A stretch of 64,000 nucleotides of DNA from Pseudomonadota bacterium. GTDB lineage: Bacteria; Pseudomonadota; Gammaproteobacteria; Burkholderiales; JABEVD01. The stretch spans positions 5,129 through 69,128 of the forward strand of contig JAJZTQ010000002.1 in assembly GCA_021848825.1 (NCBI GenBank), given 5' to 3'. Below are positions 1-12,490 of this stretch, piece after piece (within the stretch, counting starts at the first letter, position 1; each line of letters begins with the position of its first letter). A program made the translations under genes and the position numbers. Below the pieces are notes generated by a model that was given only the letters and a program-made list of their open reading frames with translations, made no database searches and was not told the origin of the DNA.

Positions 1-236
1 CGGGGCTGACAGACATCGAAATCGTTCGCAAGGATTGCGGCTACTTTCTCGATAGCAGCGAAGACTGGTGGGAACTCGTATGGAATGCGGGATTCAGGCG
101 GTATGTGGAACAGATCCCGCAAGAAAGCCTGGGGGCGTTCAGGCGGGAACATCTCGATGACATCGACAGGCTGAGAACGGAAGAAGGCATCAGGCTGAAG
201 ATAGAGGTGATTTACGCCATGGGCTTCGTGTCCTGA
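1..236 (+). CDS. Partial CDS (3' end), probably a class I SAM-dependent methyltransferase C-terminus
   Basis: Not in the ORF track. Frame 3 is open from the window edge: GLTDIEIVRKDCGYFLDSSEDWWELVWNAGFRRYVEQ...IEVIYAMGFVS, with TGA at 234-236. Resembles the tail of UbiE-like methyltransferases; the SAM motif lies outside the window. Confidence 0.5.
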   Translation, partial: GLTDIEIVRKDCGYFLDSSEDWWELVWNAGFRRYVEQIPQESLGAFRREHLDDIDRLRTEEGIRLKIEVIYAMGFVS

Positions 237-1510
237 TTGCGTTCGAAGAGCGCGATCGATTCGACATGGGAAGTGTGGGGGAACATGTTGACCACCCCTG
301 CGGACTTGAGCATGTATCCCTTCTTATGGACGAGAATCCCGGCATCCCTTGCCAGGGTTGCTGGATCGCACGAGACATACACGATCCGCGAAGGGGCATC
401 CTCTCCCAGCGATTCGACGAGGGCATGGGCGCCCGCCCTCGGCGGATCGATCAACATCTTGTCGAATTTTCCGACTTTCCCGGGATTTTCGAAGAGATCC
501 GCTGCGATGAATTCCGCATTCCCGATTCCGTTTTTTTCCGCATTCTGTCTCGCCCTTCGAACCAGTTGAGGGCTTCCCTCCATGCCGACGACTTCACTGC
601 AATGTCTTGCCAGGGCCAGGGTGAAATTGCCCATCCCGCAGAAGAGATCGGCTATTCTTTCGTGTCTCGACGGGGCAAGAAGCGAAATCGCGCGCTTCAC
701 CAATGCCCTGTTGATCGGGAAATTGACCTGGGTGAAGTCCGATGGCCTGAAAGGCATTTCTATTCCGTATTCGGGAAGGGAATAATGGAGCGGTTCGGGC
801 TCTTTCGGATGGAAAGGATGGATGGAATCGATTCCCTTGGGCTGGAGAAAGACGCTGATCTGATTCTCCTCCGAGAATGACCTGATTCTTTCCTCGTCCT
901 GTTTCGACAAGGGATCGAGTATCCTGAAAACCATGACATCCGTTGCTTCACCTGAGGCGATCTCGATCTGGGGAAGCCTCGATCTGATGGAGAGATCCGT
1001 GATCAGTTCCTTGAGGATAGGGATCAGCCTGGAAATCCTTTCAGGCAACACTTCGCAGCCGGCCATGTCCGTGACATAGCGCGTCTTCTTCTCGTTGAAT
1101 CCGACGAGCACCTTGCCCTTCTTTTCCACATATTTGACGGAGAACCTCGCGCGTTGCCGGTATTTCCAGTAAGGGCCGTGGATTGCAGGAAGAATGATTT
1201 CAGACTTCACTCGCCCGATATGCCACAACGCGTCTTCCAGCACGCGCTGCTTCACTGCGACCTGGGCGGACGGGTCGAGATGCTGCATGCTGCATCCTCC
1301 GCATGTCCCGAAGCTTGCGCATTTCGGGTTCACCCTGAAAGGGCTTTCCTTGATCATCCTGGAGACATTTGCGAATTCCACCTTCGGCTTTTTCTTGTAG
1401 GTTGAATACGCCACGATCTCGCCTGGAAGCGCGCCTTCGACGAAGAGCGCCTTTCCTTCGACATGGACGACGCCCCTTCCTTCATGATCGAGCGATTCGA
1501 TTCTGATCAT
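212..1510 (-). CDS. rlmD: 23S rRNA (uracil-1939-C5)-methyltransferase
   Basis: TRAM start (IESLDHEGRG), Fe-S motif CxxxxxCGGC, DLFCGMGNF SAM motif, DPPRAG, YVSCDPATLARD, MFPHTSHVE. Start placed at the ATG that overlaps the gluQ stop (ATGA). Confidence 0.93.
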   Translation of the reverse strand: MIRIESLDHEGRGVVHVEGKALFVEGALPGEIVAYSTYKKKPKVEFANVSRMIKESPFRVNPKCASFGTCGGCSMQHLDPSAQVAVKQRVLEDALWHIGRVKSEIILPAIHGPYWKYRQRARFSVKYVEKKGKVLVGFNEKKTRYVTDMAGCEVLPERISRLIPILKELITDLSIRSRLPQIEIASGEATDVMVFRILDPLSKQDEERIRSFSEENQISVFLQPKGIDSIHPFHPKEPEPLHYSLPEYGIEMPFRPSDFTQVNFPINRALVKRAISLLAPSRHERIADLFCGMGNFTLALARHCSEVVGMEGSPQLVRRARQNAEKNGIGNAEFIAADLFENPGKVGKFDKMLIDPPRAGAHALVESLGEDAPSRIVYVSCDPATLARDAGILVHKKGYMLKSAGVVNMFPHTSHVESIALFERNQDTKPMA

Positions 1511-2358
1511 CTGCAGTACCTGTCCTCTTTCGGAATGTTTTCGATTTTCCAGTTCTGAATCGCCCATTTCCAGAATTCCTGGATGCTTCCTTCCCTGAGT
1601 TCGATCGGTGGCGCCTGCCCCAGAAATTCGAGGGCGTCGAAAAGAACTTCTGTTCCCGCATCCACCGGCTCTGCGAGGTTCTGCTTGGAAAGCTTCTCGC
1701 CCTGGCTGTTCAATGCCAGTGGAAGGTGGGCGTAAATGGGCGTGTCGTAGCCGAGAAGACGCTGGAGATGAATCTGCCTGGGGGTGGAGTCGAGAAGATC
1801 AGCGCCTCTCACCACCTGGTTCACGCCCTGCTCATGGTCGTCCACCACGACGGCGAACTGGTAGGAGAAATAGCCGTCAGCCCTGAACAGCACGAAGTCT
1901 CCGGCCTCCTTCGCGAGATTCTGCGATTGCTCACCCCTTATCATGTCCTGGAACGAGAGAACCTCGTCTTCTACCCTGACCCGGATCGATCTCGCCTCCC
2001 CCGCAGCGCCCTTCCTGCATTTCCCGCTGTATATGCCGGTCACGTCGCGTCTCGAGCAGGAGCAGGGATAGGTGAAATCGTGAATGGCCTGGAGCGCATC
2101 CCGGTAAAGATGCTTCCGCCTGCTCTGGAAAACGATTTCTCCGTCCCATTCCATGCCGAGCGCCGCTATCGTTTCGATGATCGATGAAATGGCGCCGGAC
2201 TCCGTCCTTCCCTCGTCCACGTCCTCTATCCTCAGCAGCCATTTTCCGTCCTGCGACTTGGCGAAGAGATAACTCGCCGTGGCAGCGACGATGGAGCCGA
2301 AATGGAGCGGCCCCGTGGGGGAAGGGGCGAATCGTCCGACGTGATTTTCAGTAGCCAT
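1507..2358 (-). CDS. gluQ: tRNA glutamyl-Q(34) synthetase
   Basis: GRFAPSPTGPLHFGS, LRIEDVD, CSCSR, VRGADLL and KLSKQ; short, with no anticodon-binding domain. Confidence 0.92.
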   Translation of the reverse strand: MATENHVGRFAPSPTGPLHFGSIVAATASYLFAKSQDGKWLLRIEDVDEGRTESGAISSIIETIAALGMEWDGEIVFQSRRKHLYRDALQAIHDFTYPCSCSRRDVTGIYSGKCRKGAAGEARSIRVRVEDEVLSFQDMIRGEQSQNLAKEAGDFVLFRADGYFSYQFAVVVDDHEQGVNQVVRGADLLDSTPRQIHLQRLLGYDTPIYAHLPLALNSQGEKLSKQNLAEPVDAGTEVLFDALEFLGQAPPIELREGSIQEFWKWAIQNWKIENIPKEDRYCR

Positions 2359-2378
2359 GCTTGTGAGGAAATTCGGCC

Positions 2379-2407
2379 TTGAATGTTACCTCGAGCTTGC
2401 CTATAAA
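2379..2407 (+). promoter_or_regulatory. Candidate sigma70 promoter for the DsrC/TusE-like gene
   Basis: TTGAAT-N17-TATAAA, followed by an AAGGAG RBS before ATG 2437. Confidence 0.35.
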
Positions 2408-2436
2408 TCAAAAAGAAGTCACAGAAGGAGAGTGAA

Positions 2437-2805
2437 ATGTATGACGCCAACAAAGCCATCAGCATGACGGAAGAGGCGATGAAAATGGATCCGGAAGGCA
2501 ATCTCTACGAGCTTCCGGAATGGTCCGAGAAAATCGCGGAGAAGCTCGCTGCAGACGAGGGCATCTCGCTAACGGAAGAGCACTGGGAAGTGATCCGGCT
2601 GCTGCGGAGACATTACAGCGTGCACGGCAGGGATTTGAGCGGCCCGAGACTGCTTCGCGCGCTGGAGGAGCCTTTCGGAATGAGGGGAGGAATCAAGCAT
2701 CTCTACGAGCTTTTCCCCGGAGGCCCGATAAACCAGGGAAGCCGCATCGCCGGCCTTCCTCCTCCCCCCTACAGCCAGGATCCTTCGTTCGGAAGCGTGG
2801 CCTAG
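2437..2805 (+). CDS. DsrC/TusE-family protein lacking all cysteines (RspA-like)
   Basis: DPEGNL...WSEKIAEKLAADEGISLTEEHWEVI...HLYELFPGGP...GSRIAGLP is the DsrC/TusE signature. There is no Cys anywhere in the protein. Confidence 0.85.
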   Translation: MYDANKAISMTEEAMKMDPEGNLYELPEWSEKIAEKLAADEGISLTEEHWEVIRLLRRHYSVHGRDLSGPRLLRALEEPFGMRGGIKHLYELFPGGPINQGSRIAGLPPPPYSQDPSFGSVA

Positions 2806-3113
2806 ATTCCATCGGTTTTCGGCAGTTTTTCCAGCTTCCGCCTGATCGCCATGATGGCCCTGTCCATCTGGCGGTATTTTTTTACGCCCAGCCATGCCGT
2901 GAAGAGCCCGCTCGGAAGACAGGCGAAGCCCACTGCCGAGAACCAGGCCTGATTCGAGAAATGGATGATCGAAATGCCGGCTATGAAGAGCGCGATTCCC
3001 GATCTGAGATAGGAAAGGAGCGTTCTCTCGTTGGCAAGCAGGGTGCGGTCTATGGCGAGTTCGTCCCTGAGGATGAGCTCTGCGACTTCGAATCTCGAAT
3101 AGGGGCTAGTCAT
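2802..3113 (-). CDS. DUF202/YidH-family small membrane protein
   Basis: LRDELAIDRTLLANERTLLSYLRSG motif followed by two hydrophobic helices. Confidence 0.8.
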   Translation of the reverse strand: MTSPYSRFEVAELILRDELAIDRTLLANERTLLSYLRSGIALFIAGISIIHFSNQAWFSAVGFACLPSGLFTAWLGVKKYRQMDRAIMAIRRKLEKLPKTDGI

Positions 3114-3837
3114 GATTTTCCTTTGCTTCCCTGGGCACGAATCCGGCGAGGAATATGCCGAGTTCGTAGAGCAGCCATAAGGGCACGGCCAGCATGGTCT
3201 GCGAAACGACGTCGGGCGGGGTGAAAAGCGCGCCCAGCACGAAGGCCGTCACGATCATGTAGGGCCGCCATTCCTTCAGCTTCTTCACCTCTATCAATCC
3301 CATCCTGACGAGGATGATGACGATGATGGGCACTTCGAAGGTGATGCCGAAGGCGAGGAAAAGGGTCAGGACGAAATCGAGATATTTCCCTATGTCCGTC
3401 ATCATGGAAACGCCTTCCGGCGTCACCTTCGAGATGAAGCCGAAAACCACCGGAAAGACCAGGAAGTAGGCGAAAGCCATGCCGCAGAAGAACAGCACCG
3501 TGCTGCCGACGATGAGGGGCGCGATCAGCCTCTTTTCGTGCGAATAGAGCCCCGGCGCGATGAATGCCCAGATCTGGTAAAGGGTGTGGGGAAGGGTGAA
3601 GAGGAATGCCGCCATGATCGCGATCTTCATCGGCACCAGGAAGGGGGTGGTGACCTCGGTTGCGATCATGCTCCCGCCCTTCGGAAGGTGGGAGAGGAGG
3701 GGGTGGGCAAGGAAGGTGTAGAGATCCCTGGCCCAGGGCGCGAGGCAAAGGAATACCAGGATGATCGCTGCGAATATCCTCAAGAGGCGCGTCCTGAGTT
3801 CGAGCAGGTGGGAGATGAGGCTTTCTTGGGTGCTCAT
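3106..3837 (-). CDS. tatC: Twin-arginine translocase subunit TatC
   Basis: SHLLELRTRL, YQIWAFIAPGLY, TPPDVVSQ; follows tatAB. Confidence 0.96.
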   Translation of the reverse strand: MSTQESLISHLLELRTRLLRIFAAIILVFLCLAPWARDLYTFLAHPLLSHLPKGGSMIATEVTTPFLVPMKIAIMAAFLFTLPHTLYQIWAFIAPGLYSHEKRLIAPLIVGSTVLFFCGMAFAYFLVFPVVFGFISKVTPEGVSMMTDIGKYLDFVLTLFLAFGITFEVPIIVIILVRMGLIEVKKLKEWRPYMIVTAFVLGALFTPPDVVSQTMLAVPLWLLYELGIFLAGFVPREAKENHD

Positions 3838-4223
3838 TTTTCGCCGAAATCGATCTTGAGCTGCCTCGGGTCTTCTTCCTGGACAGCAGGTTCAGCCTTC
3901 TCCTCCAGAGGCTTCTTCACCTTCTCGACTTCGACATAAAGCGCGTCTTCCGTCTCACTGAACTTCTTCTCGTATTCGAAAGCCTTCGTCCTGAGCTCGG
4001 CTTCGAGCTTCATCGCCGATTCCCTGGCGTCTTCCTGCATTTTCTTGATTTCTTCCAGATTGGCTTCGCGCTGAAGCTCGACCTTGACGTCGTTGACGTA
4101 GCGCTGCGCGCGGCCGATGAAGAGGCCGAAAGCCCGGGCCACCTTCGGAAGCTTCTCCGGACCGATGACGACGAGCGCGACGATGCCGATCAGGAAGAGC
4201 TCGGAGAAGCTGATGTCGAACAT
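3834..4223 (-). CDS. tatB: Twin-arginine translocase subunit TatB
   Basis: MFDISFSEL...VIGPEKLPKVAR. Confidence 0.95.
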   Translation of the reverse strand: MFDISFSELFLIGIVALVVIGPEKLPKVARAFGLFIGRAQRYVNDVKVELQREANLEEIKKMQEDARESAMKLEAELRTKAFEYEKKFSETEDALYVEVEKVKKPLEEKAEPAVQEEDPRQLKIDFGEK

Positions 4224-4227
4224 GGAA

Positions 4228-4446
4228 TCAGGATTTCGTCTTTTCCTTCACTTCGCCTTCTATGGTATGGCTGGTCTCAGCCGAGTCGATCTTCTTCTGA
4301 TCCTCGTCGGCGCCCGCCATCCCTTCCTTGAAGCCTTTCACTGCCCCGCCCAGGTCGCTTCCGATATTCTTCAGCTTTTTCGTCCCGAAAACGAGCAGGA
4401 CGATCAGAAGAACGATAAGCCAGTGCCAGATGCTCAATGAACCCAT
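4228..4446 (-). CDS. tatA: Twin-arginine translocase subunit TatA
   Basis: [25 protein letters not shown]...[10 protein letters not shown]. Confidence 0.96.
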   Translation of the reverse strand: MGSLSIWHWLIVLLIVLLVFGTKKLKNIGSDLGGAVKGFKEGMAGADEDQKKIDSAETSHTIEGEVKEKTKS

Positions 4447-4461
4447 TTCAAAACTCCTTGG

Positions 4462-4815
4462 TTAAATCCGGACAAGCATGGGAGGGAGCCTGTCCTTTCC
4501 GCCTATGACATGCATGTGAAGATGCATGACTTCCTGTCCCCCGGCCCTCCCGGTGTTGATGATGGTCCTGAATCCGTCCTGCAGCCCTTCTTCTTTTGCG
4601 AGCCTGGGCGCGAGCACCATCATTTTCCCGAGCACTGCCTGGTGATCCTCTTCGGCGTGGAGAAGCGATTCGATGTGGATCTTCGGGATCAGCATGAAGT
4701 GAACAGGGGCAACGGGATGGATGTCGTGTATGGCGATGATGTCATCGTCCTCAAACAGCTTCCTGCTCGGCAGCTTTCCTGCGACGATACGGCAAAATAT
4801 GCAGTTTTCATTCAT
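4462..4815 (-). CDS. Histidine triad (HIT) nucleotide-binding protein
   Basis: CIFCRI start and HLHMH triad; usual position between hisE and tatA. Confidence 0.93.
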   Translation of the reverse strand: MNENCIFCRIVAGKLPSRKLFEDDDIIAIHDIHPVAPVHFMLIPKIHIESLLHAEEDHQAVLGKMMVLAPRLAKEEGLQDGFRTIINTGRAGGQEVMHLHMHVIGGKDRLPPMLVRI

Positions 4816-5123
4816 TTCCGGCTGGCCTTTTCCTCGTTGCCTGAGATGCCTTCCCTTCTTTCGAGTTCGGCATAAACGTCTTCCGGCCTCAAGCCGTGCC
4901 AGGCGAGCATGACGAGACTGTGGAACCAGAGGTCGGCCGTTTCCTTCACGACATGAATTTTATCACCGTCCTTGGATGCGAGCAGCGTTTCTCCCGCTTC
5001 TTCGGCTATTTTTTTCAGTATCGCATCCTGTCCCTTGTCGAAAAGCAGCGCGACATAGGATGATTTCGGATCCATCCCCTTGCGTGTTTCGATGGTGTCG
5101 GCAAGGCGCTCGATGATGCTCAT
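4812..5123 (-). CDS. hisE: Phosphoribosyl-ATP pyrophosphatase
   Basis: SSYVA..., [24 protein letters not shown]. Confidence 0.95.
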   Translation of the reverse strand: MSIIERLADTIETRKGMDPKSSYVALLFDKGQDAILKKIAEEAGETLLASKDGDKIHVVKETADLWFHSLVMLAWHGLRPEDVYAELERREGISGNEEKASRK

Positions 5124-5515
5124 GATTTCTTTCCATAGATTTCATCGGGATTCCTGATCACTTCGTCAGTGACGACCCAGTGGCCATTCTCCAGCTTCTG
5201 ATAGAAGCAGCTTTCCCTTCCAGTATGGCAGGCGATGCCGCCTTCCTGCTCGACCTTCATCAAGATCGCGTCTCCGTCGCAATCGAGCCTCATCTCCAGT
5301 ATCTTCTGGGTGTGACCGGATTCCTCGCCCTTCCTCCAGAGCTTCTTTCTCGATCTCGACCAGTACACCGCCACGCCCGATTTGGCGCTCAGTTCGAGCG
5401 ATTCCCTGTTCATCCAGGCGACCATCAGGACGCGCCCGGACGAGGCATCCTGGGCGATGGCGGCAACCAGCCCCTCGTTCGACCAGTTGATCTTGTTGAG
5501 CCAGTTCTCGTTCAA
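5120..5515 (-). CDS. hisI: Phosphoribosyl-AMP cyclohydrolase
   Basis: [33 protein letters not shown] start. Confidence 0.95.
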   Translation of the reverse strand: MNENWLNKINWSNEGLVAAIAQDASSGRVLMVAWMNRESLELSAKSGVAVYWSRSRKKLWRKGEESGHTQKILEMRLDCDGDAILMKVEQEGGIACHTGRESCFYQKLENGHWVVTDEVIRNPDEIYGKKS

Positions 5516-6273
5516 AGCCTCACCTCGATATGACGGGCTTTCATGTATTCCTTGGCCTCTCTCACGGTATATTCCCCATAATGGAAGATGCTCGCCGCGA
5601 GGACGGCGTCAGCATGCCCCTTCGTCACCCCTTCCGCGAGGTGCTCCAGGTTCCCCACGCCGCCGCTGGCGATGAGGGGGATGTCGAGGGCATCGGATAC
5701 GGAACGGGTGAGATCGAGATCGAATCCCATCTTGGTGCCGTCCCTGTCCATGCTGGTCAGCAGTATTTCTCCCGCACCCATCTGCTGCATCCTCACCGCC
5801 CATTCTATCGCATCCAGGCCGGTCTGTTTTCTCCCGCCGTGGGTGAATACCTCCCATTTGTTTTCAGCCGTCTTCTTCGCGTCTATCGCAACGACGATGC
5901 ACTGGGATCCGAATCGGGATGACGCTTCGCTGACCAGTTCGGGGTTGGATACCGCGGAAGTGTTCATGCTGACCTTGTCGGCGCCTGCGTTGAGCAGATT
6001 CCTGACATCCTGGACGGACCTGACTCCTCCTCCCACGGTCAACGGGATGAAAACCTGCGACGCGACATCCTCGATGATCCTGAATATCAGGCCGCGCCCA
6101 TCGGAGCTTGCCGTGATGTCCAGGAAGGTGAGTTCGTCGGCGCCCTGTTCGTCGTATCGCCTGGCGATTTCAACCGGGTCGCCGGCGTCCCTCAATCCGA
6201 CGAAATTGACTCCCTTGACGACGCGCCCTGCAGTCACATCCAGGCAGGGAATGATTCTTTTCGCGAGTCCCAT
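5512..6273 (-). CDS. hisF: Imidazole glycerol phosphate synthase cyclase subunit
   Basis: [36 protein letters not shown]. Confidence 0.96.
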   Translation of the reverse strand: MGLAKRIIPCLDVTAGRVVKGVNFVGLRDAGDPVEIARRYDEQGADELTFLDITASSDGRGLIFRIIEDVASQVFIPLTVGGGVRSVQDVRNLLNAGADKVSMNTSAVSNPELVSEASSRFGSQCIVVAIDAKKTAENKWEVFTHGGRKQTGLDAIEWAVRMQQMGAGEILLTSMDRDGTKMGFDLDLTRSVSDALDIPLIASGGVGNLEHLAEGVTKGHADAVLAASIFHYGEYTVREAKEYMKARHIEVRL

Positions 6274-6274
6274 T

Positions 6275-7027
6275 TCACTCGGGGAATCTGGGGGAAAGGG
6301 AATCTGCCAGCATCTGAGCCGCCTTGAAATCAAGCGTCCCTTCGTAGATGGCGCGCCCGGTGATCGCGCCCATGATCCCTTCCGATTCCAGTTCGCAGAG
6401 CGCTTTCACGTCTTCCAGGTTGGTGATGCCGCCGCTTGCGATCACGGGAACGGTGAGTTCGCGGGCGAGATTGAGGGTTGCCTCGATGTTGATGCCGGTC
6501 AGCATGCCGTCCCTGCCGATGTCGGTGTAGATCACCGCCTCCACCCCATAGTCCTGAAAGCGCCTGGCGAGATCGACCACGTCGTGCCCGGTCACTTTCG
6601 ACCAGCCGTTGACCGCCACCTTGCCGTCCTTGGCGTCCAGCCCAACCATGATGTGTCCGGGAAAGGCGTTGCATGCGTCATGCAGGAATCCTGGCGTCTT
6701 CACCGCAGCCGTGCCGATGATGATGTAGCTCACGCCGTCGTCCAGATAGCGCTCTATGGTTTCGAGATCCCTTATCCCGCCGCCAAGCTGGACGGGGATT
6801 TCATCACCGACCGCCTTGATCACGGACTTGATCGCTTCCTCGTTCTTCGGTTTCCCTGCAAAAGCGCCGTTGAGATCGACGAGATGAAGACGCCTTGCGC
6901 CCTGGTCTATCCAGTGGCGTGCCGTCGTCGCCGGATCGTCAGAGAAGACGGTCGCGGCTTCCATCAGACCCTGTTTGAGGCGAACGCATTCGCCGTCCTT
7001 CAAATCGATAGCAGGAATGATCAGCAT
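6275..7027 (-). CDS. hisA: ProFAR isomerase
   Basis: [41 protein letters not shown]. Confidence 0.96.
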   Translation of the reverse strand: MLIIPAIDLKDGECVRLKQGLMEAATVFSDDPATTARHWIDQGARRLHLVDLNGAFAGKPKNEEAIKSVIKAVGDEIPVQLGGGIRDLETIERYLDDGVSYIIIGTAAVKTPGFLHDACNAFPGHIMVGLDAKDGKVAVNGWSKVTGHDVVDLARRFQDYGVEAVIYTDIGRDGMLTGINIEATLNLARELTVPVIASGGITNLEDVKALCELESEGIMGAITGRAIYEGTLDFKAAQMLADSLSPRFPE

Positions 7028-7044
7028 GTCCTGTCCTTCTCCAT

Positions 7045-7683
7045 TCAAAATCCGCCATCCCATTCGGAAAAATTCCTGAGCAGGGAAAGTCCCGCGTGCT
7101 GGCTCTTCTCCGGATGAAATTGTACGGCAAAAATATTGTCCTTCGCCACGGCCGAAACGAAGCGGAAAGGGTAGCGGCTGCAGGCCGCGATGATCCCCTG
7201 TTCTCCGGGTTCGACATAATAGCTGTGCACGAAATAGAAGCGGCTTCCCTGTTCTATGCCGTTCCAGACGGGATGCGATACGGTCTGCTCGACTTCGTTC
7301 CAGCCGATGTGGGGAACCTTGAGCTTTTCGCCCGCCTCGTTCGTCATTCTTTCGCTGGGAAAGCGCTTCACCTTTCCCTTCAGCACCCCGAGGCCCGCGA
7401 CATTGCCTTCCTCGCTGAATTCGAAAAGCATCTGCAGCCCGATGCAGATGCCGAGAAAAGGCTTCTCTTTTGCAGCCTGGAGAACCGCATCCCTGAGCCC
7501 GCGGGAATCGAGCTCCCTCATGCAGTCAGGCATCGCCCCCTGTCCCGGGAAGACGACATGGCTTGCGGAAAGGATCTCCTTGGAATCGCTCGTGATCAGT
7601 ACGGTCGAATCGGGGCAGACATGCTCTATCGCCTTCGCGACGGAGCGCAGATTCCCCATTCCGTAGTCGACGACTGCGATCAT
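7045..7683 (-). CDS. hisH: IGP synthase glutamine amidotransferase subunit
   Basis: [36 protein letters not shown]. Confidence 0.96.
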   Translation of the reverse strand: MIAVVDYGMGNLRSVAKAIEHVCPDSTVLITSDSKEILSASHVVFPGQGAMPDCMRELDSRGLRDAVLQAAKEKPFLGICIGLQMLFEFSEEGNVAGLGVLKGKVKRFPSERMTNEAGEKLKVPHIGWNEVEQTVSHPVWNGIEQGSRFYFVHSYYVEPGEQGIIAACSRYPFRFVSAVAKDNIFAVQFHPEKSQHAGLSLLRNFSEWDGGF

Positions 7684-8270
7684 CAAAGGCTTCCCTTGGT
7701 CGAAGGCGTTTCTCCTTCCAGGCGAGGATCGATCTGGCATGCCATCCTGAGCGCACGTCCGAATGCCTTGAAAATGGTTTCGCACTGGTGATGCGCATTC
7801 TTTCCCTTCAGGTTGTCGATGTGCACCGTGACGAGCGCATGGTTGACGAAGCCCTGGAAGAATTCCCGGACGAGCTCCAGGTCGAATTCCCCGACCATGG
7901 CTCTCGTGAAATCGGCCTGGAGATCGAGCCCCGGCCTCCCCGAAAGATCGATCACCACCCTGGAAAGCGCTTCATCCAGCGGAACATAGGCATGCCCGTA
8001 CCTGAAGACGCCCTTCTTTTCCCCGAGCGCTTTCGAGAAAGCCTGGCCGAGCGTGATGCCGATGTCTTCGACCGTGTGGTGCCCGTCTATGTGCAGGTCG
8101 CCCGCTGCCTCGACCTCGATGTCCATCATGCCGTGCTTGGCGATCTGGTCCAGCATGTGGTCGAAAAAACCTATTCCAGTGGAGACGGCCGATTTTCCCT
8201 TTCCGTCAAGATCGATCGATGCAATGACGTTCGTCTCCAGGGTACGCCTTTCGACTTTTGCTTTTCTCAT
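7683..8270 (-). CDS. hisB: Imidazoleglycerol-phosphate dehydratase (monofunctional)
   Basis: [29 protein letters not shown]. Confidence 0.96.
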   Translation of the reverse strand: MRKAKVERRTLETNVIASIDLDGKGKSAVSTGIGFFDHMLDQIAKHGMMDIEVEAAGDLHIDGHHTVEDIGITLGQAFSKALGEKKGVFRYGHAYVPLDEALSRVVIDLSGRPGLDLQADFTRAMVGEFDLELVREFFQGFVNHALVTVHIDNLKGKNAHHQCETIFKAFGRALRMACQIDPRLEGETPSTKGSL

Positions 8271-9577
8271 GATTCATCCTTTTCGAAACGGAATGCAGCC
8301 GACCTCGCATGCGCATCGAGCCCTTCCCCAAGCGCAAGCACCCGGGCGATCTTCCCGAGCTTCTCCGCGCCTTTTCTTGAAACCGAAATCAGGCTGCTTC
8401 GCTTCTGGAAGTCGTATACGCCGAGCGGCGAAGAAAACCTGGCCGTTCTGGAAGTCGGAAGAACATGGTTGGGTCCTGCACAATAGTCGCCGAGCGACTC
8501 CGAGGTGTAGCGCCCCATGAATATCGCGCCTGCATGCCTGATCCGCGCCAGCATCGCTTCAGGGTCTTCCACCGAGAGTTCGAGATGCTCGGGGGCAATG
8601 CTGTTCGCGATGCTGCATGCCTCGTCCAGGCTCCTGACTTTGATCAGCGCCCCCCTGTTTTTCAGGGATTGAGCGATCACCGCTTTCCTCGGCATTTCGG
8701 CAAGCAGTCTTTCCATGCTTTTCTCGACTTCTTCGAGGAATTTCCCGTCGGGGCAGAGCAGGATGGATTGCGCGATTTCGTCGTGCTCAGCCTGCGAGAA
8801 AAGATCCATCGCGACCCAGTCGGGATTCGTCTTCCCGTCGCAGATCACCAGTATCTCGGAAGGGCCTGCGATCATGTCTATGCCGACTCTGCCGAAAACC
8901 CTGCGCTTCGCTTCGGCGACATAGGCATTTCCCGGACCGACTATCTTGTCGACGGCAGGCACGGTTTTCGTGCCGTAGGCGAGCGCTGCGACAGCCTGTG
9001 CCCCTCCCACGCAGAAAACCCTGTCCACATTGCAGATCGAAGCGGCTGCAAGAACGAGTTCGTTCTTTTCCCCGCCAGGCGTGGGGACGACCATGACGAG
9101 TTCGGACACCCCTGCGACCTTGGCGGGAATCGCGTTCATCAGCACCGAAGAGGGATAGGCGGCCTTTCCGCCGGGAACGTAAAGCCCAACCCTGTCGAGC
9201 GGCGTGATTTTCTGGCCGAGCATGGTGCCGTCCTCCTCGACATGGCGCCAGGAATGCTGCAGCTGCTTTTCGTGATAGATCTTCACCCGGTCAGCTGCGG
9301 CTTCCAGCGATTCACGCTGCGCTCCAGGAAGATTTTCAAGCGCCTTGTCAAGCCTCTCCCTGGGAAGGTCGAGCTCTTCCATCGATTTGGCATTCAGCCT
9401 GTCGAAGCGGTTGGTGTATTCGAGCAGCGCTTCGTCGCCTCTTTTCCCGACTTCATGCAGGATGGACGAGACTGTTTCCTCGAGCCCGGGGTCTCGCGCC
9501 TCTTCAAAGGCGAGCAGGTTCTTCAGACCGGCTTCGAAACCGGAATCCTGTGTATCTAGACGGGAAGTGATGGACAT
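8267..9577 (-). CDS. hisD: Histidinol dehydrogenase
   Basis: [47 protein letters not shown]. Confidence 0.96.
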   Translation of the reverse strand: MSITSRLDTQDSGFEAGLKNLLAFEEARDPGLEETVSSILHEVGKRGDEALLEYTNRFDRLNAKSMEELDLPRERLDKALENLPGAQRESLEAAADRVKIYHEKQLQHSWRHVEEDGTMLGQKITPLDRVGLYVPGGKAAYPSSVLMNAIPAKVAGVSELVMVVPTPGGEKNELVLAAASICNVDRVFCVGGAQAVAALAYGTKTVPAVDKIVGPGNAYVAEAKRRVFGRVGIDMIAGPSEILVICDGKTNPDWVAMDLFSQAEHDEIAQSILLCPDGKFLEEVEKSMERLLAEMPRKAVIAQSLKNRGALIKVRSLDEACSIANSIAPEHLELSVEDPEAMLARIRHAGAIFMGRYTSESLGDYCAGPNHVLPTSRTARFSSPLGVYDFQKRSSLISVSRKGAEKLGKIARVLALGEGLDAHARSAAFRFEKDES

Positions 9578-9597
9578 GATTCGATTCTACACGAAAA

Positions 9598-11725
<2,128 letters not shown>

Positions 11726-11734
11726 GATTTCCTC

Positions 11735-12490
11735 TCAGTTGCGAAGTTTGTAACCGGATTTTAACAGCCAGAGGGTGATCAAGGATACTGCCGCAAGACA
11801 AATCGATACGACGAAAAGGCTGAAATAGGGCGAACTGTCCGATGCGCCGAAAAAGCCGTAGCGGAATCCGTCTATCAGGTAGAAGAAGGGGTTCAGGTTT
11901 GAAATCTGTTGCCAGAAAGGCGGGAGGGAATGGATGGAATAGAATACCCCTGAGAGGAAGGTGAGGGGAAGGATGATGAAATTCTGGAAGCTCGCCAGCT
12001 GATCGAATTTCTCCGCCCAGATGCCCGCGATGATCCCTATGGCGCCGAGTATGAAGCTGCCCGTCAGCGCGAAGATCAATGCCCATAACGGGTATTTCAG
12101 CGGGATATCGACAGCCCAGAGCGTGATCGCGAAGATGCCGCATCCGACGATGATTCCCCTGAGGCTCGACGCCAGCACATAGGCGAGGAACATCTCGGGA
12201 TAGGAGACGGGGGAGAGCAGCAGGAAGATGATGTTCCCTGTAATCTTGGACTGGATCAGGCTGGAGGAGCTGTTCGCGAATGAATTCTGCAGCAGCGCCA
12301 TCATGGCGAGCCCGGGTATCAGGAAGGAGACATAGGGAACGCCCGGGAAGGCCTCGACATGCTTCCCCAGCACATGGGAGAAGATCAGCAGATAGAGCAT
12401 CGTGCTCAAAAGCGGCGCGAGAACGGTCTGGAATCCCACTTTCCAGAAGCGCATCACTTCCTTGTGGAAAAGGGTGATGAAGCCCCTCAT
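11735..12490 (-). CDS. ABC-2 type transporter permease (YadH-like)
   Basis: FLIPGLAMM, PLTFLSGVFYS, NPFFYLIDGFRYGF. Confidence 0.9.
   Translation of the reverse strand: MRGFITLFHKEVMRFWKVGFQTVLAPLLSTMLYLLIFSHVLGKHVEAFPGVPYVSFLIPGLAMMALLQNSFANSSSSLIQSKITGNIIFLLLSPVSYPEMFLAYVLASSLRGIIVGCGIFAITLWAVDIPLKYPLWALIFALTGSFILGAIGIIAGIWAEKFDQLASFQNFIILPLTFLSGVFYSIHSLPPFWQQISNLNPFFYLIDGFRYGFFGASDSSPYFSLFVVSICLAAVSLITLWLLKSGYKLRN

Noticed and set aside
5588..7117. 509-aa plus-strand ORF
   Set aside because: Antisense shadow of hisF/hisA/hisH with no recognisable motifs; typical of GC-rich coding DNA.
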